From the human T2T-CHM13v2.0 reference genome, Homo sapiens, in the NCBI RefSeq assembly GCF_009914755.1, contig NC_060947.1: a stretch of DNA of 64,000 nucleotides, one strand, 5' to 3'. The position numbers were made by a program, and so were the translations under genes. Under the pieces are notes generated by a model that worked only from the letters and a program-made list of their open reading frames with translations, did not search any database and was not told the origin of the DNA. Positions 43,430-57,149 of the stretch are shown in pieces. Numbering within the stretch: position 1 is the stretch's first letter; every line of letters starts with the position of its first letter.

Positions 43430-44325
43430 TTCCCCATGTGATGCCTGCAAGGGATGCAGCTGCGTGTCGGTGGCATGTCTGCCCCAAAAATGTAGAACTG
43501 GAACCTAATCCTGGGAAGCCTCAGGCCAGCCCAACTTGAGCGTATTTTTCAAAACACTTGGCCTGTACCTTCTGAAAATGCCAATATTATTAAAGACAAA
43601 GAAAACACAAAAACTAAATACAATGTGGATCAGAGAATCCTAAATGGGGGAAAAGTTTTCCATGAAAAATATTCTCAGGAAAATAGGTGAAATCTGAATA
43701 TCAACTGTATATCTGACAATAGTAATGTATCAGGGAAGGTGGGGAAGGTTAATGGGTACAAAAAAACATAGTTAGAAAGAATAAGACATACTATTGAATG
43801 GCACAACAGGTGACTATAGTCAATAATAACTGTACATTTTAAAATAACAGAAAGAGTGAAATTGGATTGATTGATTTTAACTCAAACAATAAATGCTTGA
43901 GGGGATGGATACCCAGTTTTCCATGATGTCATTATTTCACATTGCACACCTGTATCAAAACATTTCATGTATTCCATAAATATATACACCTACTATGTAC
44001 CCACAAATATTAAAAATTTTAAAAAGATTAGACAGTACTATACGATGCTGTGATAAAAAGAGTAATGTATCAATATTAAATTTCTTTCATTTGATAATCA
44101 TGGTGGGCTTTGGAAATATGCTCTAAAATATTCAGGGGTACAGGTATAATGTCAAAAATTCACTTTCAAAAGGATGGTGGGATGGTTCAGAAAATGCACA
44201 GATAACAAGCAAATGGGGCAAAATGTTATCATTTGGCGAATTTGCTGAGGGTTCCTGCGAATACATTCTAGGCCTTTTGTGATTCCTTTATAAGTTTTAG
44301 TCTTTCCGAATAAAAAGTTAAGAAT
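43430..44325 (+). mobile_element. L1MC/MD 3' UTR with nested L1MA 3' end (43735-44025)
   Basis: ggttaatgggtacaaaaaa...tgcttgaggggatggataccc...cacctactatgtacccaca inside older L1 sequence. Confidence 0.8.
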
Positions 44326-44684
44326 TCTTCAGCAAAATTTCTTAATGTTTAAAGGCTGTGGTAGCATAAATTACTAAGAAATCCTTTACTCCACCATCTG
44401 ATACGTAATCAGATTGAACTTTAACTCTGTTAGCATGAATTTGTGGTAAAAATGGCATTCAAAACAGGAAATTTCCTGACCTAAGAAATAGCTGCTTAAC
44501 CTTAGCTAGTTGCTCAGTGGAATCCACAATTTGTTAGGATTTACAGAATGACAATACTGATTGTAAATTTGAAAGAATACAATTGAAATAACTAGTGTTA
44601 TTTTTAAAAAATCAATTGCCATATTCAACCAAAAAGAATAAGATTAGTGGGGGGTGGTCTGACCCCTAGGCAGCTGGAATTTCT

Positions 44685-44763
44685 TTTTTTTTGCTTTTTT
44701 TTTTTGAGACGGAGTCTCGCTCTGTCGCCCAGGCTCCGCCTCCTGGGTTCACACCGTTCTCCA
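44685..44763 (-). mobile_element. Minimal AluY fragment with internal deletion
   Basis: 15 bp TSD gcagctggaatttct (44670-44684, 44764-44778); poly-T plus 57 bp of Alu right arm. Confidence 0.92.
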
Positions 44764-45469
44764 GCAGCTGGAATTTCTAATGTAGCAGAAAATCTTAATG
44801 CATGGCCCCAACTTCTTGTCTACACTTGACTTGGCTGCTACAAGATTAGCTCTTTTTTTGTCAAAATGGCTGCATTTTTTAAATAAAGTTGCTTGATTAA
44901 ATTTATCAACTATTAGCCAAATCAGTATTTTCCAAGTTAGTTTAAAAAAAAAAACTGAATTTTCTGTACATTAAGTCATGACTGGGGGCATTTTTAGAAA
45001 AAAATTTTAAAAAATCAAATATATCTTTACAGGAGAAAGGGAACTTTAAGGTCTTTGAAATACATCAATAAATAATTTTTTGGTTCTCATTCTTTAAAAC
45101 ATTTAAACTGATCATATTTGGAAGGAAAACACATACGTGGCAAATAAATTGTAAAGGAGTAGGAATACCTCCTTGAATGGGCCCATCCTTTCGTAGGAAT
45201 ACATAAAATCTTTCTTGTTATTCTTAATGCCAGAAAGCCTGAAAGGCGAATGTTTTGCTGACCTCCAAGAATGGCTAAAGCCAATGCTCAGCAGTAGGCA
45301 CCAAAACAAGCTTCCGGGGTTGCTGAACGCCGAAGCATGTCGTCTTTCTGCCAACAGTAACCTCCCACACTTTTCTCATCCCTTATGCCATAAACCCACC
45401 TCTATCAGGTGCCGGGCTAACTCCTGCTCATTCTTCCAAACTGCTGTATCCTAGAAGTGTCTCCGTAAC

Positions 45470-45680
45470 CCAGAATGCCAGGTGTTCCCTTAGGTCTCCA
45501 TGCCCCTGAATTCTCCCAGCATAGCACCTGTTAAACACTGGGAAACTGTCTTTGGTCTTTCTTCTCACATGATAATCTCTGACAGCACAGACCCTGTTCT
45601 TCTTACTCACCTTTGCACCCCTAATCCCTAGACGGGTGTATACAGCAAAAACTCAGTAAATGTCTGCTGGATGAATGATT
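45470..45680 (+). mobile_element. L2 3' end
   Basis: Ends actcagtaaatgtctgctggatgaatga. Confidence 0.65.
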
Positions 45681-46558
45681 TAGACGTCGTAGCCCATCCT
45701 TCGTGACACATTGATACTGACCATACTATGTAGGCATTTTCTCTTTCCCCACTTTTTCTCTGTTTAAAAAATATAACTTAGTGTACGCTCTGCTCATGGA
45801 GAGTTACAAGTTCAAATCAAACACGTGAGCTCTGACTCAATCTTCACCATCTGCCCATTCATCTGGAGATCATCTGATTTTCTCTGGGATTTTTGTAGTG
45901 CAAAAAATGCATTATACGGACCAGAAATAAACTAGAAATTGTAGCTGGCGCATTTTGTGGGTCAGGATATATTTTTTAACATTTAAGGAACATTGTCACC
46001 CCATGGGAGACTGACTACTCCAAATTGAAACTCTCAGTTTTATTCAAGCTGGTAACTTTCCTTCTCAGGCTCACCCCTAACAAAGCTCCAGAATAAAATG
46101 TTACAGGGTGACTGAATGCTCATTCGTAAGTTAATTGCTTGTAGCAAACCCATGGCTGCCTAATAATACAAATACACTGTACATTTGTCTTTCACCGTTC
46201 ATTGTGTAAAATTACAGGCAGCTAGACTATGTTTGAGGGACTTGTTTATATAGTGCCATTGCTGAAAATAAGCATTTAATCATAAATCCATTAATCAAAA
46301 CTAAACCAATGATCCTGCTTTTCTCCAAAAGAATATATCCATTTTCCCAATGCATTACAATAAGTTCAATGAATATTAAACTCACGATGACAGAGATTCT
46401 CAGAAAGAGCATTTGGCAGCTCTATTCTTTAAAGTATTTACTGGGACTTTCAATATGATAATCCAACACACTTTGAAAGGAGCTGGCAAGAGGACTGCAA
46501 CAATCCACTGTGCCTTCCGATCAATAACTAATTCATCACTACCAACTGGCTTCTTCAG

Positions 46559-46839
46559 AGGACAGAACCAGCTCTGCTGCCCAGGCTGGAATGCAGTGGT
46601 GTGACCATGGCTCACTGCAGCCTTGACCTCTCAAGCTCAAGCCATCCTCCCACCTCAGCCTCCTGAGTAGCTGGGACTACAGGCGCATGCCACCACACTT
46701 GGTTAATTTTTTAATTATTTGTAGAGATGGGGTCTCGCTATGTTGCCCAGGCTAGTCTTGAACTCTTGGGCTTGAGCAATCCTCCCACCTTGGCCTCCCA
46801 AAGTGCTAAGATTACAGGCTTGAGCCACCACACTCAGGC
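46559..46839 (-). mobile_element. AluJ-like, tail not visible
   Basis: Reverse Alu dimer with AluJ-like diagnostics. Confidence 0.9.
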
Positions 46840-46914
46840 TATCAATGACTTTTAACAAGCACAACAGAAGATAGTTTATCATGATGTCTGTGACTATTCC
46901 TTGCAGCAGCACCT

Positions 46915-47098
46915 CTCATTTGGGAATGTCTGGAGACATCTTTGGTTGCTGTATCCCGGAAGAGCAGTGCTATTGGCATCTAGTGGGTAGATGCCAGAGA
47001 CGCCGCTAAACATTCTACAATGCACAAGACAGCCCCTTGCCACCACAAAAAATTACCTGGCCCAAATTTCAATAGTGCTGGTGGTTGAGAAGTCCTGC
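46915..47098 (+). mobile_element. MER20 hAT-Charlie
   Basis: aatgtctggagacatctttggttg...ggcatctagtgggtaga...ggttgagaa. Confidence 0.85.
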
Positions 47099-47129
47099 CT
47101 TATAGAAGGTTAACAGATGTAATTTCTAG

Positions 47130-47432
47130 ATCTGTACCATTCAATGTGGCAGCCGCTAGCCACATATGGCTATCAAGCCCTTAAAATGTGGCCAGTTCAC
47201 ATTGAGATGTACTCTAAGTAAAAAATACACGCCAGATTTCAGACTTAGTATGAAAAAAGAATGTAGGATACCTTAATATTTGATAATGAAATTTTATATT
47301 AAAATAATAGGTTGGATGAAGGGTTATATTATTAAAATTAATTTCATCTCTTCCTTTATACTGTTTTAATGTCTACTACAAAATGTAATATACATATGTG
47401 GCTGCCCTGCATTTCCCTCTGGACAATACTAG
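47130..47432. mobile_element. MER33/MER3-type hAT-Charlie
   Basis: gcagccgctagccacatatggctat...aaaatacacgccagatttcagacttagta...ctggacaatact. Confidence 0.75.
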
Positions 47433-48229
47433 GCTGGGGGGTTCCTTCTGTTTCCTTGATGATGTGCTGTCTCTATCCATGTAACCCACATTGCGATAAG
47501 CAGTTCTCTCAAAGTAAATTTAAATTCAAAAAGCACCCATTAGCTATATTCTTATAGGGTAAATAAAAGTGCCAAGTTATTTAATCAGATCAAAGATACA
47601 TGAAGTACAAATTAAAGTTTCCCTATTTCTGTTTATTATAAAACCAAGCTGAGATGAAGCAAATGAAGCATGGAGATGCATTTTCCTTTATGCCCAAATG
47701 GTAAGGAATTGACCCCTTAGCAAACTGTCCAAGTCGACAAATTCAAAAGCTGGAAGGCAAAGAAACAGGGCTTTCAACAGCAAGCAAATATTATATTTCC
47801 AAGGAGAGTCAAGCACAGTATCTTGCTCATTAAAAAGAATAAACCTGAGAAGAGCACAAAAATTAGGCAGATCTGTTAAAATGATTAGTCATCAGACTAG
47901 CAACCCTTCTAAACACAGCACAACAGGGGCAGGGCTGGATGGTAGAGAAAAAGCCACAGGTCCTTTCTTAAAGATCCACCTTAAAAGGCAGGACAGACAG
48001 TTGAAAACATTACATATTGAAACATGAGAATGAACAGGGATATTCCAAATTCCAAATGAGAGTTCAGAGTCAAAACCAGAATCAGTGAGGTGCCATACTT
48101 GGGCATGGAAATAAAGGTAGAACTTAGACCAATAAAAAACCATGTTATGCATAAGACGGAAGTGGGAAGCAGAGTAAGCTAATTCTCAGAGCTGAAATAA
48201 GTATGATGCTTGTGACTGAGACAGTCGTA

Positions 48230-48700
48230 CGAGCTGACTTGCCAAGGCTTTGCATTTATGTTGAGGAGGGTGTAGCAACTGGACAAACTTCTTTGTGATG
48301 GGCCTTAACAACCAGAATGAGAACTTAGAACTTTATCCCATAGGCAACAGGGAGACAGAGAATGGTATGGAAAGAGAGAGAAGTATAAGGAGAACATTTT
48401 AGACATGTACATGAGGTGGATCAGAAAGAGAAGAAATGGCCAAACAACATGTAATTAGCTTAAATGTATAATGATGAACCACCAGGGTGGTAGTACTGTA
48501 GCTAAAAGACAAGACACCAAGTGAACATCAGAAACAGAAAATAAAGATGACTCCAATTTTGAGTTGGAGTAACTAGGGAGGAAGGTACATAGATACAACA
48601 ATGAATGCCATGGGGGCATTGACATTGGGATGATTGATTGTTGGCTATCAAGGCTGGGACTCGGGTTCCAAGAATAGAGCTATAAATGTAAAGGTCAAAC
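48230..48700 (-). mobile_element. L2 fragment
   Basis: Purine-rich degenerate L2 (gaactttatcccataggcaacaggga...aaagatgactcc). Confidence 0.5.
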
Positions 48701-48952
48701 TAATAGATATACCACGTTGCCTATTATTTTATAGGACATTAACAACAGTCTGTGGGCTAGGTTGGGAGGTACATTCATCTCCACGGTACCAAGAGGTCAA
48801 GGTTGCTTGGCCATTGCATGTTGGAGCCGGACCAAGAACTCCCAGAGTTCTATCTTCTAGGATTGCTTTCATCCCAATGTGCCACACTTTTTCCCTCTAA
48901 ACTGTGCAGATTCTCACCCAGCGAGGGTGGTCAAAGCTACAAATAGGAATTC

Positions 48953-48976
48953 TGAGAGAGAGAGAGAGAGAGAGAG
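48953..48976. repeat. (GA)n microsatellite
   Basis: Seen directly. Confidence 0.95.
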
Positions 48977-50923
48977 TCAACTAAGTTGGGCAAGTCTTGA
49001 ATTGACAGAAAATCCTGTTTTCTAACCTAGATCCCATGCACTGGGTCCAGTTAGAACCATCCATGATGTTCTTAGTTTGTGCACCCTTCCTGCCTCTCAG
49101 CCTCATTGTCCACTTGTCTATACCCTAGATTCTCAAATTCTATTACCTGAGAACCTTGGTAAGTCATGATAATATCCACTGAGGAGTAATGACCCATATA
49201 AACTTAAAAGGCCACCCACTTTGGAGGTACTTGCATTTTAACAAGGGCCTCTTGAAGACACAGTCCTTCAAAAGTCTAGAATAGTAACTATGATTCAGTG
49301 ATTCAGATGGTGGAGTTGGGGGAATATTTCTTCATGATAATCTTCAAATCCTGCAATCAACATATACATAGGACCTGCCTTATTACAGGGATAAGATGTA
49401 GATTTCTCCTCCCTGTACTCCCAATCCTATTTCCTTGGAATGCCTTCCAAATGTGATTTAGTCATCACTAGAAACCAGTATCTACACCTGAAAGGGAAAA
49501 AAAAATGTTTTCACCAAAGTGCTATGTCACCTCCATGAAGGAAAATACGAAATACAGGGCTGTGAATCTTCCCCAACTCATCTCTAGGATGATAAATGAA
49601 TATCAAAGAAGTATGCCAAAAGATGATCAATGAGGGGCTAACATCTCTGCTCACAGGGAGTTATCACAGTGAATTTGGTGTACGGAAAACCAAAGCTCTT
49701 CCACACTCATTCCAGCTTCAGTTTTAAGGGAATTTTGACTTTGTTGCTGTGATATGTAAGCCTCCCCTTAACTCCAATGGCAAATGCTTTGATATAGAAA
49801 ATAAGTAGCAGGCAATGAGTTTCACACACTTACCTTGAACTTTAATGAGCGGCGATTTCCCCTCTGGTTTCTGAAATTAGGTGTGTCACATGCTTTAACA
49901 CAATCAGCTTGTCCTAACACCATGGCAATAACTCCATCTGCCTGCAGATATGAAAGAGACTGCATTATCAGTCTAGTATTCATCATCAACAAAACACCAA
50001 GCAAATGTATGGTCAGCATTTTAAAGTGTGAAAATATGTACAACTATTATGTATCAATAAAATATACTTTTAAAAAAGAAAAATAAAGTTAAGTGTGCTG
50101 GCGATGAGAATACCTTGATGTCTAAGAGTTATTAAGTACCAAAATGATAACTGATAATGTTGTTTAAATATTTTGTTAAAAAACTATTCTCTAATTTTCA
50201 AAAACATTGAGGACAAACTTAAAGCCCATTTATTTCACCAGCCAATCTAGTTATATTGAGTGTAGTAGGAAGTATATCATTCTTGGAAAAAGAAAAAAAG
50301 ACTGATTAAAATCTCAGATAATCAGACAAAATAACTTGGCTTCTAAGTGTTGTTAGTCACTTCCTGACAATCCAACATTTCCGAGTAGGATTCAAGTTTT
50401 CACAGGAAATGTAAACTCAGCATTTCTACCATTTTCTTCATGGAAATACAGAAGCAATAAAGGAGAAGAAGAAAAAAGTTTTTCTTAAATTCATTTTTAG
50501 TAAAACAAGGAGTTAAAACCCCAGACCTCAGTGTCAAAATGACTACAAATGTCAGTGGAGATTGATCAGGGTGTGTTGCAGAGGAGACAGAGGTAAACAA
50601 ACATCACGGGGATCCAACAGCAGCTGGAGATTTGCCAAAGAGCAGCAGAAGCACGCTTCCCAAATAGAAGGGGCACAGCCAGAGGCACACAACTTTAATC
50701 ATGTGTTTGCAAGAATAGAAGTCACGGTGAACCAGCTGCAGCGGAAGCCTCCTGCACCCAATTAGGTTCCAGAAGCAGAAAAAGTGAATTAAATGAATTA
50801 TATTTGCAGGCATTATTCTGTCTTTATGGCATCAAGAAAAGGAGAAATTTAAGTTGTTAGCAAAGAAATTTGAAAAACTAGCCTTTGTTGGCTGAGAAAC
50901 AAAAGCTAAAGAAACTTATACAT

Positions 50924-51229
50924 GGCTGGGAACAGTGGCTCACGCCTGTAATCCCAGCACTTTGGGAGGCCAAGACTGGCAGATCACCTGAGGTCGGGAG
51001 TTCGAGACCAACCTGGCCAACATAGGAAACCCTGTCTCTACTAAAAATACAAAAATCAGCTGGGCATGGTTGCAGGTGCCTGTAGTCCCAGCTACGCAGG
51101 AAGGCAAGGCAGGAGAATCGCTTGAACCCGGGAGATGGAGGGTGCAGTAAGTCTAGATTGCGCCATTGCACTCCAGCCTGGGCAACAGAGCAAGACTCCA
51201 TTTCAAAAAAAAAAAAAAAAAAAAAAAAA
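50924..51229 (+). mobile_element. Alu (AluS-like)
   Basis: Full forward Alu with poly-A. Confidence 0.96.
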
Positions 51230-52690
51230 GATATTCCAAGGACCAGTAAGCACAAGAAAATTGTTCAGCCTCATTAGTCATCAGGAAAATGCAAAATATA
51301 ACCACAATGTGATACCACCATACACCCACCAGATGACAAAAATTGAAGACCGACAATACCAAATGACGTTGAGGAATTGGGGCAACTCGAATCTCAGGCA
51401 TGCATGTTGGTAGGAGTGTAAAATGGTACAATCAGTTTGGAAAAAAGTCCGAGTTTCTTCAAAAGCTAAAAACCTACCCCATGACCCATTGTATTAGAGT
51501 GTTCTTGCATTGTTACGAAAAAACACCTGCAACTGGTAATTTATAAGAAAAGAGGTTCAGCTGGCTCACAGTTCTGCAGGCTGTACAGGAAACATAGCTC
51601 CAGCATCTGCTTCTGGGGAAGCCTCAGGGGGCTTTGACTCACGGTAGAAGGTAAAGCAGGAGGATACACAACACATGACCAGAGCAGGGGCAAGGGGAGT
51701 GGGGGCGGAGCAGGTGCCACACACTTACAACCAATCAGATCCAGCGATAATTCACTATCATGAAGACAGCACCAAGATATGGAGGATCCGCCCCCATGAT
51801 CCGAACACCTCCCACCAGGCCCCACCTCCAGCATCAAGGATTACAAATCAATATGAGATCTGGGCGGGGACACATATCTAAACTGTATCACCCAGCAGTT
51901 CTACTCATAGGTATTTGCCCCATCCCGTGCCAAGGAAAGGGAAAACAAAATGTACGGGACCACGAAAAAGAGCTGTGCAAGAATGTTCATAACAGCTTTA
52001 TTCATAAGCAACAAAACCTGCAAACAACCCAGGTGTTGCTTAATAGGAACACAGAGAAACCAAACATAGGATAGTCATGTAATGGAACAGCACTTGCCAG
52101 TGAAAAGCAACAACAAGAAGTCTCAAAAACATTATGCTTAGTGAATGAAAGAAGGCGTCCACAAAAAGAGTGCATACTACACAAAATTCTAGAACAAATA
52201 ACTCATGTATGGTGGTAAAAGGTCAGAGCAGTGGTAGGCTCTGAGGGAGTGGGCATAGGGATTAACTGGCAAGAGGCATGAGGAAACCTTCTAGGGTGAT
52301 GATAATGAGCTGTATTTTGATAAGCATTACACAAGCGTATGCTTTTGTCCAAACCCAGTGAATGTGCACTTAAGATTTGTGCATTTCACTGCATGTAAAC
52401 TTCAGCTGGAAATAAAAAATACTACAAATACTAAACTCTAGTTCATGATGTGCATGCTGAAGTATTTAATGGGATGTACACTGGTATCTCCAGTTTACTT
52501 TGAAACGCGTCAGAAACTAAGATGGATTAGTGTATAGAGGGCCAAATAGATGGATAGATACATGTTAAAGGAAGGTTAGTAAAATGTTAATGGTAGAATC
52601 TAGGTGGTGTGTAATGGGTGTTCACTGTAAAATTCTTTCAACATTTCCATATGCTTAAAAATCTGTATAATAAAATGTTGGAAAAAGTCC
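51230..52690 (+). mobile_element. L1MC/MD 3' region split by an MST LTR
   Basis: cattagtcatcaggaaaatgcaa...atgaccc[LTR]cccagcagttctactcataggtat...ttcactgtaaaattctttcaac. Confidence 0.85.
51490..51890 (-). mobile_element. MSTA/MSTB MaLR solo LTR
   Basis: tgtattag...aatttataagaaaagaggtt...ggggacacatatctaaactgtatca. Confidence 0.9.
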
Positions 52691-52699
52691 GAAGAAACT

Positions 52700-53400
52700 A
52701 AAACAGTAATGAAGGAAGATTAGCCCTGTATATAGCATGCTGAAACATAAATAAAACCTTAATATTTAACTTAAGTAGACAGAAAGATCAATGGAACATA
52801 GTAGAAAATTCAGAAACAGAACCCCCCATATGGAAAGTTAGTATATGTTATAAGTGGCAACTCAGGTCAGAAGAGAAGAAATGGATTATTTAATAGTTTT
52901 GAGAGAAATGAGCTGCCTTCTGGAAGAATATATTTGGTTCTATGCCTCACACCTTATGCCAGGATAACTTCCCAAATGATCAAATATTTAAATATATATA
53001 AATATGTAGAATTCAGTGATAAATGAAAGAAACCATGGGATAATTCTTCTGTTAATACTAAGGGGGAAAAATCCTTTCAACTATGACCCAAATGCCAGAC
53101 ATGATAACAGACTGAGTAATTCAACCACAAAAACGTCAGAACTCTTCAAGCAAAACCACAATAAGCAAACTCAAAAGACAGGTGGCAAACTGGGGGAAGA
53201 TTGTGAGATCTCATAAAGTTAATTTCTCTAATAAACAAGTAGCTTATGGCTACAATGAAAGAAAAAGATGGAAAACAATACGAACAAATAATTCAACAGA
53301 AGACAAATGGTTTTTAGTCCCATACAATTATCCTCAACTACAAACATAATAATGGAAAAAATGGATTGCCATGTAGTTTTAACTTGCATTTCTATTAGAA
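52700..53400 (+). mobile_element. Old L1M ORF2 fragments
   Basis: agatcaatggaaca...cagaaacagaaccc...cctcacaccttat. Confidence 0.55.
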
Positions 53401-53444
53401 GTTAAAAAAAAGCCGCAGTGTATAATTCACTTTAAAAAGGAGAG

Positions 53445-53446
<2 letters not shown>

Positions 53447-53488
<42 letters not shown>
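53447..53488. repeat. (CA)n microsatellite
   Basis: Seen directly. Confidence 0.97.
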
Positions 53489-53954
53489 ATTACAACACAT
53501 AAAAATGTGCTCATAGATATTTTTAAAAGCTCCAGAACGTGCATTGCTTATTCAGGGTGACAGGGATGTTTTTTAACAGCTTATCCTTTTATACTTTTTA
53601 AATTTTGAACCATGTAAATGGAATACCTAATTTTAAAAATTAGATTTAAGAAAGTGAGAATAATTATATTGCAAACAAAGGCAGCAGCGTGGGAGGCAGC
53701 CCAAGCTCCAGCCCAACTCTGCTACTAATTAACTGGGTGAACTTGGGCCAGTCTCTTGGAATCATTGACTATTCTGGCTGCAAAGAATCTCAGAAATATT
53801 CTCATTCCACACTTGTTTTATGGAATAGGAAACAGAAGCACAGAATAAATTAAGTGACTTAGCCAATGTCACATGCAGTCAGTTTACTGCAGAGCCAACA
53901 AAAGCTGTAGATGTGTCAGTTTCTTCTTAGATAAGATGGGAGTACTGCCATTAA

Positions 53955-55090
53955 GAAAAGGCAAGCTGCAGAGATGGGGAGAAAATATTTGCAAATCACA
54001 TAACTGACAAAGGACTTATATCCAGAATATATGTTTTTAACTCTCAAAACTCAACAATAGGAACAAAAATAAAGATGCTTAAGATCATTAGCCATCAGGG
54101 ATATTCAGATTCCTAAAAACCACAGTGAGATACCACTGTGCATTTTTTAAAATGGCTAAAACTTTAATTTAAAAAACCTGACAATACCAGATTGGAAAGG
54201 ATATGGAGCAACTAGAACTCTCACGCATTGCTGTTATACAAAATGCAAAATGGTACAACCACTTTAGAAAACAGTTTGGCAGTTTCTCATAAAGTTAAAC
54301 ATACACTTAACCAATACCACATAACCCAGCAATACCACTCCTAGGTACTTATCCAAGAGTGCCAGGCACTCCAGCCTGGGCAATAAGAGCAAAACTCCGT
54401 CTCAAAAAAAAAAAAAAAGATTCTTTCACTTTTTAAAAAACAAATAGTAATTAATTCCCAAGGACTAGAACAGGTTTGTATTACATGTGGCACAAAAAAT
54501 CTTATAATTTTTCTTTAGGAAAGATAAACCTGAATAACTATGAAATTCATAACACAATGACAATGTGGAGAGACAGAAAACCCTGTAAACTTACGTTTAC
54601 AAAAAAACCTGTACATAAGTGTTTACAGCAGTTTTATTTTTAGTCTTCAAAAGCTAGAAGCAACCCAAATGTTCATCAACTATAGTACATCCATGCAAGA
54701 GACTATTATGCATCCATACAATGGAATATTATGCAGCCATAAAAAAGGAACAAACGATTGATACATGCATCAAATTGAGTGGATCTCAAAGGCACAATGC
54801 TGAGTGAAAGCAACCAACCTCAAAAACCTCCACAGTGCATGATTCCATGTATATGACGTTCTGGGAAAAGGCAGAATTGAAGGAATGGAAAACAGATCAG
54901 AGGTTGCTAAGGACTGGGGCAGGGAGAGAGGTTGACTAAAAAGCAGGAGCATGAGGAAATTTTAGAAGATATTGGAACTGCTCTGTGTCATCATTGTAGT
55001 GTTGGATACACAAATCTATGCATTTTTAAAACCCACAGAATTGTATACCACCAAACGCATACTTTACAATATGCAAATTTAAAAATAATT
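53955..55090 (+). mobile_element. L1MB/MC 3' region interrupted by a 220 bp local duplication
   Basis: aaaatatttgcaaatcacat...acccagcaataccactcctaggta...[insert]...aaaacctgtaca...ccatacaatggaatatta. Confidence 0.88.
54366..54585 (+). repeat. Dispersed direct duplication of 55545-55765
   Basis: Identical except 3 substitutions and one A in the poly-A run. Confidence 0.97.
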
Positions 55091-55099
55091 TTTTTCCAG

Positions 55100-55218
55100 C
55101 CTTCTTGAGGTATAATTGACAAATAAAAAGTGTATATATTTAAGGTGTACAACGTGATGTTTTGATATACATTGTGAAACATTTGCTACCATAAAGCTAA
55201 TTAACATATCCATCACTT
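55100..55218 (-). mobile_element. L1MA 3' terminus
   Basis: ttgaggtataattgacaaataaaa...tttaaggtgtacaacgtgatgttttgatatac...aattaacatatccatcac. Confidence 0.85.
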
Positions 55219-55296
55219 TGAAGAGTGAAGTCATCAATCAAAGATCTCTGTGATCCTTTCCAGTTTTAGAAACATAAAGATTCTTTCACTTTTTGT

Positions 55297-55605
<309 letters not shown>

Positions 55606-56220
55606 TCACTTTTTAAAAAACAAATAGTAATTAATTCCCAAGGACTAGAATAGGTTTGTATTACATGTGGCACAAAAAATCTTATAATTTTTCTTTAGGA
55701 AAGATAAACCTGAATAACTATGAAATTCATAACACAAAGACAATGTGGAGAGACAGAAAACCCTGAAAAGAGTGTAAAAATAATGTCTTGGAATTTCATC
55801 TCCTTGACAATTCAGCTAGCTTTCAGGCATTCTAATTTTTCTCTCATTTGGAAGTGCAAAGTTAATAGAAAAATAGACCAGTCTATTTTTCCGTATTTCT
55901 ATATCTCACTGTTTAAGTTTTGCTGATCATATTTTAAACTTCCTTTTTATTTAAAGGTGAAATCATTGATAAACACCATCTCTTACGTATCCTTTTCTCT
56001 CCCTCAAAGCTTGTTCTTGTGACATCTGGACTGTCTAGAAAGACATGATCCTTCAAATAATTCCTTGTTTAGTTACAATCTCTTTTGTTCCAAAAACTTC
56101 CAGTAAAATATCTCTCATATAGTGTTTTTTACCTTTTTAGGGTGATGTACTCCTTTGAGAATACGATGTAAGCTATAACTCTATTTGAAAAGGTTTAAAC
56201 AAAAACAAGACCATAAATAC

Positions 56221-56618
56221 TGTCTTAGTCCATCTGTGCTTCTGTAACAGCATACCCGAGGCTAGGTAATTTATAAATAATACAAGTTTATTTCTTATGG
56301 TTCTGGAGGCTGAGAAGTCCAAGATCAAGGCACCAATAGGTTCAGCATCTGGTGAGGACTGCTCTCTGCTTGCAAGATGGGGCCTTGTTGCTGTACCCTT
56401 TGGAGGGGAGGTTCACTGTGTCCTTACATGTCAGAAAGGATGTAAGAGTAAGAGAGTGCTTCTTCAACCTTGAGCCCTTTAAAAGGGTGCTAATCCCGTC
56501 CATGAGGGTGAAGCCCTTGTGACTTGCTTCCCAAAAGCCACACCTCTTAATACCTTTGCATTGGGGATTAAGTTTCAACTTAAATTTTAAAGGAGACACC
56601 TTTATTCAAACCATAGCA
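56221..56618 (-). mobile_element. MST/MLT1A MaLR solo LTR
   Basis: tgtcttagtcc...ggttctggaggctgagaagtccaagatcaagg...attcaaaccatagca. Confidence 0.9.
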
Positions 56619-56841
56619 ATACCCCCACATACGCAATTCTGGTGACAATGTCAGAGGTTCAAGGGCTTTCTGAGTCCTGTGGATTTCAGGATTCCAGGTA
56701 TATAGAGCACAAGCTCCTGAGGGAAACCCTTGGTTCAAACCCTTGCACTGCTATTTAACGGCTGTATGACGTTGGGCATGTATTTTTCCTTTCTCTGCCT
56801 TTGTTTGCTCATCCACAAAGTGCAAATAATAGTACTGCTAG

Positions 56842-57149
<308 letters not shown>

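Noticed and set aside
54685-54740. Imperfect ~23 bp tandem repeat (catccat.caa..ga.tattatgca)
   Set aside because: Old degenerate duplication inside an L1 fragment; no evidence of function.
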